Of a DNA stretch of 41,557 nt, positions 8,357 through 18,900 are shown one piece after another. Position 1 is the first letter of the stretch. Every line of letters starts with the position of its first letter. The notes under the pieces are model-generated. The model worked only from the letters and a program-made list of their open reading frames with translations, searched no databases and was not told the DNA's origin. Where the stretch lies: the IMG/VR virus record IMGVR_UViG_3300050498_000076, positions 1 to 41,557 of that record; one strand, given 5' to 3'. Source of the DNA: a virus. The position numbers were made by a program, and so were the translations under genes.

Positions 8357-9062
8357 TGGCTACTCCTTTCAGTTGTTCGATTGCATCCATCACTGCGTAT
8401 CTCTCCAGGGCTGGCATCGCTTTCAGGTTCTTGAACCACCTGGTCTTCTTCTTCTTGATCCGCTCTCGCTCTCGGTAGCCTACTCCAAGGTACCTATAAT
8501 CGTGCAGCTCGAACGGCTCCGGGTAGTTCATCCACAGGCACTCCGTTGCCATGCCGGTCCGGGTCCTGGCTTGGAACTCGATGCGGCGCCATCCTTTCAA
8601 TGCCGCATTATACTGCTCCGATCGATAGCCTGAGATCGCATGCATCCAGTTGGGTGGTGTGTTTGTGATCAGTTCCAGCAGCCTGGCGTGCTGCTCCGGG
8701 GTATCGAACTCATGTCGATAAATGTTGCGCTGTGTGCTCCTGGTGCTCATCAGGTATGGTGGGTCGTGGTAAACCATCACCCGGTTCTCTTGCCAGTGGT
8801 CCCTCCAATTCTCCAGGAACGTTATCGCATCACCCATGATGAGGGCATGGTCCCACGTCCCCTCGCTCTCCAGCTGCGTGATCACCTCGACGTCGATGTC
8901 GATGCCGACGTTTGCGATCGGCGCTGGCTTCTTCCACCGGCTGACTGCTCCGCTGCCGAAGAAGGTTTCTATAAACACATCGTGTGGTGGGATTTGGTTG
9001 ATGATTAGTTGTGGGACCCCTGACCCGTTCTTCCCGCCTGGGTATTGGTGCGTGCCGTTCAT
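8349..9062 (-). CDS. Dam-like (D12-class) N6-adenine DNA methyltransferase (237 aa)
   Basis: N-terminal YPGGKNG...FIETFFGSGAV (AdoMet motif I) and a catalytic DPPY motif (VYHDPPYL). ATGA-coupled to the upstream gene. Confidence 0.85.
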   Translation of the reverse strand: MNGTHQYPGGKNGSGVPQLIINQIPPHDVFIETFFGSGAVSRWKKPAPIANVGIDIDVEVITQLESEGTWDHALIMGDAITFLENWRDHWQENRVMVYHDPPYLMSTRSTQRNIYRHEFDTPEQHARLLELITNTPPNWMHAISGYRSEQYNAALKGWRRIEFQARTRTGMATECLWMNYPEPFELHDYRYLGVGYRERERIKKKKTRWFKNLKAMPALERYAVMDAIEQLKGVANG

Positions 9063-9313
9063 GGGTTGCCCTTCACCCTCTCGCTCGATCGGGTCTGCAT
9101 GAACTTCATCCCGTCGACTTCCACGTCGTAGGTCACTGCGCTAAATCCGGCGCCATCCAGGAACGTGTTCGGGGTCCGCTTTGCGAGTGTCGTCTTCGGA
9201 TCGAACTGGTGGACTTCCCGCATGTGGTCCATCATCTCAGCGTGCGTGAACTGTGGGTGCCCTTCACATTCTAGGCACGTCCATGTGGTCGTGTGCTTCC
9301 ATTGATCTGCCAT
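9059..9313 (-). CDS. C2H2-like zinc-finger protein (84 aa from ATG 9313)
   Basis: The track ORF runs 9059..9379. I prefer ATG 9313 because an AAGGAG lies 9 nt upstream and the predicted promoter at 9336..9364 would exclude the longer starts. Motif: WTCLECEGHPQFTHAEMMDHMREVH. Confidence 0.62.
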   Translation of the reverse strand: MADQWKHTTTWTCLECEGHPQFTHAEMMDHMREVHQFDPKTTLAKRTPNTFLDGAGFSAVTYDVEVDGMKFMQTRSSERVKGNP

Positions 9314-9335
9314 TGCCTGGTTCTCCTTCATCTGA

Positions 9336-9364
9336 AGTATCACCGGGAATGGTGGTGTTGTCAA
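9336..9364 (-). promoter_or_regulatory. Sigma70-type promoter TTGACA-17-GATACT for the Zn-finger/methylase operon
   Basis: The minus strand reads cTTGACAacaccaccattcccggtGATACT, with a perfect -35, a 17-nt spacer and a 4/6 match at -10. Confidence 0.5.
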
Positions 9365-9389
9365 GGTCGCCGATCCCAAAATTCAGGGA

Positions 9390-9418
9390 TTGAATTTTGA
9401 CGGCTCCGGGCGTATACT
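9390..9418 (+). promoter_or_regulatory. Plus-strand sigma70-type promoter TTGAAT-17-TATACT
   Basis: Read directly from the sequence. It is back-to-back with, and divergent from, the 9336..9364 promoter, with the two -35 boxes 25 bp apart. Confidence 0.5.
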
Positions 9419-9424
9419 ATTCTC

Positions 9425-9630
9425 ATGATCACCCGGAGTGCTGGACGCACCTCTCCCTTTAGCTTAGTCGATCCTCTTTCCTTGCCAGAGACCGTCGAGG
9501 GGATCACTCCGGGCTCGTCTAAAATTCTGAACTGACCCTTCCCGTCGCCTGGGCAAGTGGGGGAGGGGTCAATTCATTTATAGCCAAATGAGCACGCACC
9601 ACTGTCGGACCGAGTGGTGCGTGCTGTTTT
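9425..9630 (+). ncRNA. Candidate ~200-nt plus-strand small RNA (unknown class)
   Basis: It has its own promoter (9390..9418) and an intrinsic terminator (9591..9625 plus GUUUU), and contains no meaningful ORF. Internal helices: 9432-9440/9505-9513 (9 bp) and 9534-9543/9561-9570 (10 bp, one G-U). Confidence 0.35.
9591..9625. terminator. Bidirectional-type terminator hairpin
   Basis: Perfect 13-bp stem (agcacgcaccact / agtggtgcgtgct) with a 9-nt loop. The plus strand continues GTTTTAT. It sits 4 nt beyond the stop of the minus-strand 99-aa gene. Confidence 0.6.
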
Positions 9631-9928
9631 ATATCATCTGCCCTGGTCCTTCTAAAAGGAAGGCAGCCTCCTGGTTGTACTTCTTTCGGATGCGTGTGAT
9701 CTGCTGCTTCAGTGCGGCGTATAAGTCCAGGTCATCAAGCTCGACGATCCAGGCGACGTTCTGCCAGGGCATCCAGGTTGATCCGCCGCCGAAGAAGTGG
9801 ACCTTCATTGCGTTCCTTATCAGCGTGTCCATCTCCTGGGTGAAGCAGCTCCATTCGTATTGACTCAGCTTGTCGTCTGAGTTCCCGATCGAGATCGTTG
9901 CGTAGTGGTTCGGCTCCTGTGTTGCCAT
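9629..9928 (-). CDS. Hypothetical protein (99 aa), last gene of late operon 1
   Basis: Track ORF with RBS GGAGTAGCATG, 8 nt after the giant gene's stop. Confidence 0.7.
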   Translation of the reverse strand: MATQEPNHYATISIGNSDDKLSQYEWSCFTQEMDTLIRNAMKVHFFGGGSTWMPWQNVAWIVELDDLDLYAALKQQITRIRKKYNQEAAFLLEGPGQMI

Positions 9929-9936
9929 GCTACTCC

Positions 9937-12900
9937 TTATTGGATTGGTCCGGCTGCTGCCGGTTGTTGGTAAAGCATCGCCGGTACTACCTGTGCGTCG
10001 AGCCAGGTCTGGAAGTCACCGTATGGTTGTCCTTCCTTGAGCCACACCTGCTGCATGGCGAGGGTGGCGCCTTTGCCTAGCTTCTTGCCGGTCGCTGCGT
10101 AAAGCACCACGAACTGTTCGAGCCCATCCGGCCACGTGCTCGTGTCGACCTGCTTGAATACTTTTCCCTGTAGGATCGGCTTGAGCACTGGGTACTTCTT
10201 ATAATACTCCAGGTCCCTCCACTTCCAGTAAGCGTCCAGCTTGGGGAACTTCAACAGGTAGGCTGCTCGGTCGCTCTTGGCCAGGGAGTAGTATCCCTGC
10301 TCCAGCATATAGTATTCCGGGAACTTCTCCCGGCGCTGCGTGTAAAACGAATCGGTGATCGCCGTGACTGATGGATCGTAAAGGTTCAGGGCTGGCTGCT
10401 GTGCCTGGGGGACGTCGATGATCGGTGCGGTCTGTTCGGTGCGTGGGATCATGGTGCCGAGCATCTGTGCCCACTGGGTTAGCGTTTCCACTGGGATGGA
10501 TTCCATGTCGCGTGTCTCGGTGTCCAGGAAGGATCGTTGGAACTCATCGCCGAGTTGTGCGGTCGCTGCCTTGCGGTTGGTGTCGCCGAGTGCCATGTAT
10601 GCATCCCAAATGTTGCCGATCATAAACGATCGCAGCCGGTCCTGGGGCTCTTTGCCTTTCGCCAGGTATGCTTCGTACTCCGGGTGGTCATCGAAGAATT
10701 GATTGATCGCATCCTTGTCACCGTTGTCGGCTTTCTTCCAGGCTTCGTTCCATTCACCTTTCAAGCCTCGGTACTCCAGCTCTCCTGCCGGTAGCAGCTG
10801 GCTGCCGAAGAGTGATGGCAGGAATGCCTGGGTGCCTGCGATCGCTCCTTCATGTGTGGCTGCGTAGATGGTTCCGGCGAGTGGGGTCTTCATCGCCAGC
10901 TCCATCTTGACCCGTTGTCGGGCCTGTTCGAAGAGTTCACCCTGGCGCTCGATCATGGTGGTCTGTGCCTGGTCGCTGGTGATCAATCCTTCCGCTACCA
11001 TGTTGGCGAGTTGCCGGTCGATGTAGTAATTGCCGTACTCACCGAACTCTGGCAGGTTCAGCTTCTTCCTTGCCCATTGCTCTGGCTTCCCTGCGAGCCC
11101 GATCAGCTGACCGATCGGCTCTGCCCACGTCCCTTGGGTCACGGTTTCGATTGCTCGTGCCGTGTTGGTCAGTGGTAGGTTGGTGACCTTGTTGCGATCT
11201 CCCTTGGAGATGCCTGGCACTTCAATGCCCATCATATTGAGGGGTGTGCTCAGGTACCAGGCTGGTCCGAACATCGTCGCCATAAAGTCAAACGGGTTAC
11301 TGATCTCGGCTTCCCGGCGCTGCGCTGCTTCTGCCGAGGCTCGCTCCCATAGGGCTCCGCTCTGGCTGGCTGCAGCTGCGGCGACCTGGTCCTGTTGAGC
11401 AGATCCGTCCGCTGCCATCTCCTGCAGGATGCGCTCCGTTTCTATCACCTGCATGTTCTTGTCACGGCGCATGGCTTCAATGGGCCGCAGGAAGTTTGCC
11501 GGTGCGAAGAGCATCTGCATTGGATCAATGTATAAGGCGTCGCCCATCCAGTCTGGCATCCAGGGTGCGGCGATCTTGAACTTCCCTCGCAGGCGCTCCG
11601 AGATATCCCGCTCGTGCTTGTCCTGCATGTTCCTGATGCGTGCGTAGTTGGCATACCAGGTCGGCTTGTCGAGCCCTCGCATTGCCCAGGTCAGCAGGCT
11701 CCTGGTGTAATAGAACTCGTAAGGCGCCACCGATTCCAGGTGCCTATCAAACCCATACCGGCGCTGGTAGTTGAGCATGGCGAAGTCTCGCTGGCTCTCA
11801 CCCCATTTGATCGTTGAGTTCTTGACGGCTCCCATGTCGCTCTGGACCTGGCTCACGTAATCTCTCAGCATCTTCTGGCCTGCCGGGCTCACGTCCTTCA
11901 TGGCTCCGTCGAGTGGTCGCTCGGTCTGCAGCTTGTTGATCGCCACATCCTGCATGGCATCGAGCAAGGGTTGGACGTGGTTGCGGTAGCCTTCATCCAT
12001 CCATTCACTGTCTGCTCGGAAGCTGCTGGCGTTGTCCATCGTTCCGAGTGGCGCCTCGCCGACCAGCCTGACGGATGGTGGCATGGTGTCTCGTTGACCT
12101 TTGGGTGGGCGTTGTCCGGTTTCGATCCTGCGCTGCTTGTCTGCATATAGCTGGACGTCTGCAGCTGCCAGGTCTTCGCCGATCCCATAGCTTACGGAGA
12201 AGCCTGTTCGCTTCTTTCCACCGATCTCAAACTCAAGCTCTGCGACCTGGCGATCGATCGCGGCGAGTGCATCCTTGGCAGTTGCTTCGTCCGGGAACCA
12301 ATAGACAAACTCGTCGCCACCTTTACGGAAGGCTCTGCCTCCCACTCGCTCGATCTCAGTCTTGGCTACTCTGCCGATGCCGGTGATGATCTGATCACCA
12401 GCCTCGTGTCCGAAGGTGTTGTTGATCGCCGTCAGTCCATTCAGGTCGCTGGTGGCTTCGAGCCATCCGTCTGGCTTGGAGTCTATGCCGAGTGCGACGA
12501 CGGTTTCCAGTCCGCTGAGTGGGTCGGTCAGGGTCTTGTTGAGTAGCCAGTCACGTGCCTCGGTTCGCTCGGTGGCATCCAGCTTATCCCAAATCTCACG
12601 CAGCCTGGCTGCTGCAGTGTTCCTGCGATCGGCGCTCTGCTGCAGTGCTTCTCTCCCTTCGAATTGATAGAGCGTGCTCTGCTCGCCGGTCGCTTCCCTG
12701 ATCTGTTTCATGAGTTGCCGGAAGCCGGTGGGCGATGCGTCACCTTGCAGGCTCAGGCTGGTGCCGTCCGGTCGGCGGATGTCCACGTGTAGTTGGTGGT
12801 TGACGTCGTTCCCGATCGATCGCCGCAGCAGCCTGGTCTGTGCTTCGGTCAAGGGTCCGCCGATCTGCAGGGATGTCTCTTTGTAGTCAGCGGATAGTCG

Positions 12901-15900
12901 GATCGCCTTTGCTTCGTTGACGAACTTATCAATGGCTGGTGCGTAGACGTCGGTGGTTTCCAGGTCTGCCTGGTCGAACTGGTCCGGCCACAGCTCGGCG
13001 ATCTCTGCGTGGTATCGCATGTCGTCACTGGTCCGGTTGAAGTCCAGCATGCGCCCATCGGCAAGGATGAACCCGGCGTCTTCAAAGACCGGAGTTAATC
13101 CGAAGGCTTTGATCGCCTGGCTCACTGTTTGTGCATTGCCTTGGGTCATCGTGTGCGTGTCGTCGAGCACGTTCAGCTCGATGCTCCTGGGCATCCTGCC
13201 GGTGGTCTTGTATCTATCGAATGCCGGTTCGGTCAAGACGGCGATGGCGTCATATCCCTGTGCCTGGGCTGCCTTCTTCATCTTGGCGTCCAATGCGAAG
13301 CGATCATCGATTGAGTTGATCATGTCGGGCGGCTCGATGCCGAGTGTCTGCATAATCGTGATCTCGTCGCCGACCAGCGGGTTGCTCACGTTCACGTCGA
13401 ACGGTTCGTCGATCGGTCTTCCATAGAACTCCGCCTCTGCGTAGCTCGATGCATAAAAGGTGCCGCGTTCCTGGATGGCTTCGGCGCCTGGCAGTGCGGT
13501 CCGGTACCACTTCCTGTGGTTGATATGATCGATCATCTCCGGCTCTGCTCGTTGGAAGAGTGGTTGCCCTTCCATCACTGACTTCTTCATTGCCGGTGTG
13601 ACGTCGATGCTGTGGACCCGGTTGCCTTCTGAACTATAAAAGTTGACCAGCTTCTTGGTTTGTTCGGTGCCTCGCAGTCCAGGTGTTACGTAGGATGAGT
13701 CCAGGAAGCCACCATCTTCGACGAAGTCCGCTTGCTTCCGCAGCAGGTCGCTCATCACTTCGTCCGGCTCCATCTCTGCTGCCCTGCGTAAGACGTCCGG
13801 TGTCACTAATGCATGGCGTTCCGGTAGGTCGAGCAGCTCCGGGGTCCCCACTGTAGTCTCTCCGACTTGGGCTCCCCATTTCTTTCCGTACTTATCTGCC
13901 CAGGCCGGAAGCATCTTATCGTAAAAGCCCTTCATGCCTTCGCCACCGACTTCCAGGTCGGCGTCTCTCCATTCGTTGGATGTGTCTGGTGACTCTGTGA
14001 TCTTGGTTGCCAGGTCCTTGCCTACGATTTCTTCCACCTGCTCCGGTGTCAACCCTTGCCGGTCGAGCAGTGTCTGATCCTGCTTGATCGCTTCGATGTT
14101 GTATGTGCCGTCCGGCTTTCTCCAGGATGCGATGTAATCCACTTGCTTCGATAGATTGTATCGCTCTGCCTGCTGCTTGCCGGTGGTCCATGCCACTCGC
14201 TCGTATCCTTCTTCGGCTGCCATGCGCAGGATGCGCTTCATCACCAGCTCGTGCCAGGTCTTTTGGAAGGGTGCCTGGCTGATCGGTCCCGTTTCCGGCA
14301 GTGCTTCCATCTTAACTTTCTCAGCATCCCATTGCCGGTAGATTTCCTGAGCCCTTGCCTGGTCGTCGAGGATGTCCTGTGGGTACTGCATGGCTGCATT
14401 GAAGTCTTCGTATGATCCAGCGTTCTCTCGCTTGATCAGGAAGGCTTGCTTCTTATCGGTGCCCTCGTATAAGAGTGTGCCGTCCCTCGCTCTGATCCAC
14501 GTGGTCTTGGCTTCGTCGGTCTTGTTCCACTCCATGATGCGGTACGCGAGGTCCTTCTCTATGTTGAAATAATCCAGACCGAGTTGATCAACTTGCGCCT
14601 TCTGAGCCTGCCGAGCCCGGTCGATCTCCGGGTCCCGGTATCCCTTCTGCCTGCCTGCCTGGTGCCAGTCGCTCTGGATTTCCTCCACCATGAGCACCCG
14701 CTTCCCATCGGCATCGACGCGGTCCGTCAGCCTGGTGTGTGCCAGCACGTTGGGTTCTTCCCAGTGGCTGCTCTTGTATAAGACTTCGCCACCTGGACGC
14801 TCGTTGCGTGCCAGGGATTCCAGTGCCATCGTCCGGGCTTCTGTTTCGGTGTCACCTATTCCGAGCAGCTCTCCGTTGTAGTGCACTCTCCAGTCTTCTG
14901 GTCCATACTGCCTGGGTGCTGCCAGTGCGGGTAGCTCGGTCGGTGCTTTGATTGGTGGGGTCGGCATCGTGTATAAAATCTCCCGGTAGTTCTCTCCGCC
15001 TGGCAGGGTGTAGTTCTGGTACTTTGTAGCACCGCCTGTGCGGTTTCTCGTTGCCTCCTCGACGTGGAAGTTCCAGGTCGTTCCGTAGATTCTGCTCATG
15101 TCATTGGCGTAGCGCCGGGCTCTTTCCGGCATCGATCCTAGTCCGTATACCTTCCCATCCAGGTCTGTGAAGATTTGCCGCATGGGATCGTCTGGATCGG
15201 TGTCGTGTGTGAAGCCCTGTTCTTCCAGGGCTTGCTTATATAGCTGCCACCCACTGTCGGTTTCGAGTTTCTCCCAGGTCCGCTCGGCGATCTCCTGCAT
15301 GTCGATATCGGTGCTGCCCTTGCCCTTCTTTACTTCTTTGATATCGATCCGGTGGGTGTTCAGGACGTCCATCACTTCGGCTTTGGTGATCTTGCCGGTC
15401 CTGGTCTTGAGTAGATCGTCGAGCCCACTCCACTTCATCTCATCGGCTCTGATGCCTGCCTTCTGTAGCACTCCCTTCAGCTGGTCGATGGTCATCACTT
15501 CCTGGCGCCAGGCTGTGATGGTCTGCTCGGCTTTGGTGTACCAGATGTTGCCGATGCCGACTTGCTCCAGCATCTCCGGGGATGGTGGGGTTCCCTGGCG
15601 CAGCTCTGCCAGGTGCATCTCTGTTCGTGCTGCGATCTCGCTGGTCACGTCGATCGGCTTCTTATAGGAAGCTCGTGGGTCTTCGGCGCCGAGCATTCTA
15701 TCAAAGGCTGCCTTGACTTCTGGTGCGATCTTGACGTCGATGGCGCTGCCGGTGATCACCTTATAGATGCCGAGCATCCAGTCCCGCATGGCTTCGAAGG
15801 CTTTGCGCAGCGCCGGTGTGGGTGCCTTGCCTTCTGTGATGTAGCGTTCGAACGCACGTGCGTACTTCTCCTCGGCTGCTCGGTGCCAGACTCCGTCTCT

Positions 15901-18900
15901 GACTCCTGCCCATTGTTCAATCACCTGCAGGTCCGCACGCACCTGCTCGTTCCCCGTTCGTGCGACCACGTCTGTCATCACTCGCCGATAAATGTGGGCG
16001 TTCTCGTGGATCACGGTGCTGACGTCTGCTCGCTCGAACGCCAGGATGGTTGCCTTGATCCCGTCTGGTCCAAACTGGACGGCTCCCTTTGGTGCTGCTC
16101 CCATGTCCTGGAATTGGAACTCATCGATCGCTCGCTGCATACTAGGGATCGCCTTCGATGGTTCGTTGCTCTCGAATACTTTCTTGGCGATCTGTGCGAT
16201 CTTGTTGATGCCGCTCGGTGTTGCCAGGGCTCGGTCACTCACCAGGCTTTCGCCGTTGGCATCCCGGATATCAAACGTGATCATGTCGGATGGGTGGTCC
16301 TTCAGGATTTGCCTGATTACCTTCAGCTGTGCGGCTGTAGGGACCGTGTTGACCAGGTCGATGTTGGTTTCGTCTGGCGATACCCACCAGTGCACCGATC
16401 CTGTTTCGTTGGCGAACTCGTCCCCTCGATAGGCGCCTTCTCCGGGTCCCATTACTTCGGCGATCACGCCATGTTCTTCGAGTGCGATCAGCTTGCCTTC
16501 CGGTGTCAGCCAGAGTGCCGTCAGCGGACTATTTGGATCGTACTCGGTTGCTCCGAAGGTTTCGATTGCTCGCTTCGTCCAGTCGGTGCGCTTCGTCGGC
16601 TTATAAGATGCCCTGGCTTCTTCCAGCCAGGTCTGGTAGTAAGCGTCCGGGTCCCGCTGGAAGAGTAGGTCGATGTTCTGCCTGGCGACGGCTTCTGCCA
16701 TCTTCGGGTCCAGCTTGTAAACTGCATCGATGATCTGGCGCCTGGCGCCGAGGGTGCTCTCTGCCTGCAGTGCGTGACCCACGTGCTTGGCTCCCTGGCG
16801 GACCAGGGCTTGTGCGTAGAAGCTGGTTTCGTCTGACGTCAGGGATCGGTTGATGGGTTGTATCTGGAAGAGTGGTTGCCCTTCCATCACTGCCTGCCGC
16901 ATCTCCGGGGTCACGTCCAGGCTGTGGACCGTTCCCGCCTCTTGTGTTAGTTGCACCGGCTCGACCGTCCCATTGAACCACTCGGCCTTCTTGGCGGCTT
17001 CTCTCCTGGATGTGTAGGTCTGGACTTCCCCTTCCCAATCCACATAGCTCCCGTCGCTCCGTCGCACTCGATAGGCTTCCACTGTTTTGGTCAGCTGCGT
17101 GCCGGAGACTTGGGCTCCCCATTTCTTCGCGTACTTATTGACCCAGGATGGCAGCATCTGATCATAGAAACCCTTCATGCCTTCGCCGCCGACCTTCAGG
17201 TTCTCTCCTTCCCATCGGTGGGTCGCTGCTTGGGAATGATCTGCTGCGACGATCTTCTCCGCCAGGTCTTTGCCGATCGTGTCGGCGAGTTGCTCAGGTG
17301 TAAGCCCTTCCCGGTTCAGCAGGGTTTGTCTGCCCTTGACCGCGTCGATGTTATATGTTCCGTCCGGGTTCATACTTGAATCGATGTGGTCGACTTGCTT
17401 CGCCAGGTTGTATCGATCTGCTTGCTGCTCGCCGGTGGTCCATGCCACCCGGTCGTATCCCTCATCGGCTGCCTTGCGTAGGATGCGCTTCATCACCATC
17501 TCGTGCCAGGTCTTTTGGAAGGGTGCTGGTTCTACTCCGCTGGTGCCCTTCTGCAGTTCATCTAGTCGTGCCTGGGCGACCTGCTCCGCTTGCTCGGATG
17601 CTTGCCTTGCTGCATTGTAGCGAGCCTCCTCATCGGCATCCAGTTCATATCTCCAGGCGAGTTGGCGTCCCTGCTCATCTCGATACTTCTTCTCGAACTC
17701 ACCCATCAAATCCATGTAGGAGTTGTTCTCCGGCAGTTCTTCCCATCCGTTGTTTGCCTGGTCCTGCAGGAAGTTCAGCTCTGCCTGCTCGTCCACGGAT
17801 AGCTCTCGCTTGTATCCCTTCTGCCGACCTGCCTGGTGCCAGTCGCTTTGGATTTCTTCCACCATGAGCACGCGTTTCCCATCGGCATCGACGCGATCCG
17901 TCAGCCTGGTGTGTGCCAGCACGTTGGGTTCATCCCAGTGGCTGGATTGATACTTGGCTGGTGGGTTTGCCCTGTAGTGTTCGAGTGCTGATGCGTGTGC
18001 ATCCATCGGCGTGGGACCGGCGCCGACTACCTGGTCCCCATCCCAGTATTGATAGACCTGCCTGCCGTTGAGCATGGTCTGCTTCATTGTCGTGGTCGCT
18101 GGCAGTGTGTCTGGTCGTTTGCCTGGCATCGTGAAGAGCACTTCCTGGTAGTTGGTGTGGTCGCCTGGCAGGGTGTAGCTGTGGTATTTGGTGGGCGAAT
18201 CACTCTCTCGCCTGCTCTGCGTTTGGTACCGATACTCCCGCTCCAGGGTCATCTCCATCTTGACAGCTGTCCGCTGTATGTCCCCTGGTGGCATCTCGTC
18301 GCTGGTGATGATGTCGCCTTCTGCCTTCGCATCGTGCCATCCGAACTGCAGGCTGCCTTCGTCGTCGACGAACGCATCCAGTTCATACCCTTTCCGACTC
18401 ATGCGTGCCGCCTGGGTTCTCCATCCATGCTGCTCGTTCAGGTTGTCGAATGCCGCATCTATAACCACGTCCGGGTCCGGCTCGTTTCCTCCGCCTTTGA
18501 CGATCTCAGTCATCTCCATGCGGTTGGCGTCGAGCACTTCCTGCACTTCGGCTTTGGTGATCTTGCCGGTGCGCTCTGCCAGGAAGTCATTGAGCCCGGT
18601 CCACTGCATCTCCTCGGCCTTGATGCCTGCCTTCTGCAGCATGCCGCGCAGCTGGTCGACGGTCATTGTCTCTTGTCTGATCGCCGTGATCGCTTGCTCA
18701 GATTTGGTGTACCACACAGGTGCCTCTCCTGTTTGTTTCAGCAGCCCTTCATCGCTGGCTGCTTTGCGGATGTCTTCATAATACCTGGCGTAGAAGTTTG
18801 CCTGGTCTTCGCCGGTGACGTTGGAGTACCAGGTTGCGACGGCATCGCTGATGGTCATGTATGCTTCTGCCTGCTCGACCGGCAGTCCCATCTCCTGGAT

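Noticed and set aside
13250-13560. Possible ADP-ribosyltransferase (R-S-E type) segment in the giant protein (WYRT...FYASSYAEAEFYG...GDEIT)
   Set aside because: The spacing between the putative R, S-x-S and E-x-E elements is much shorter than in known ARTs, and the match rests on a few residues. This is too weak to report as a domain.
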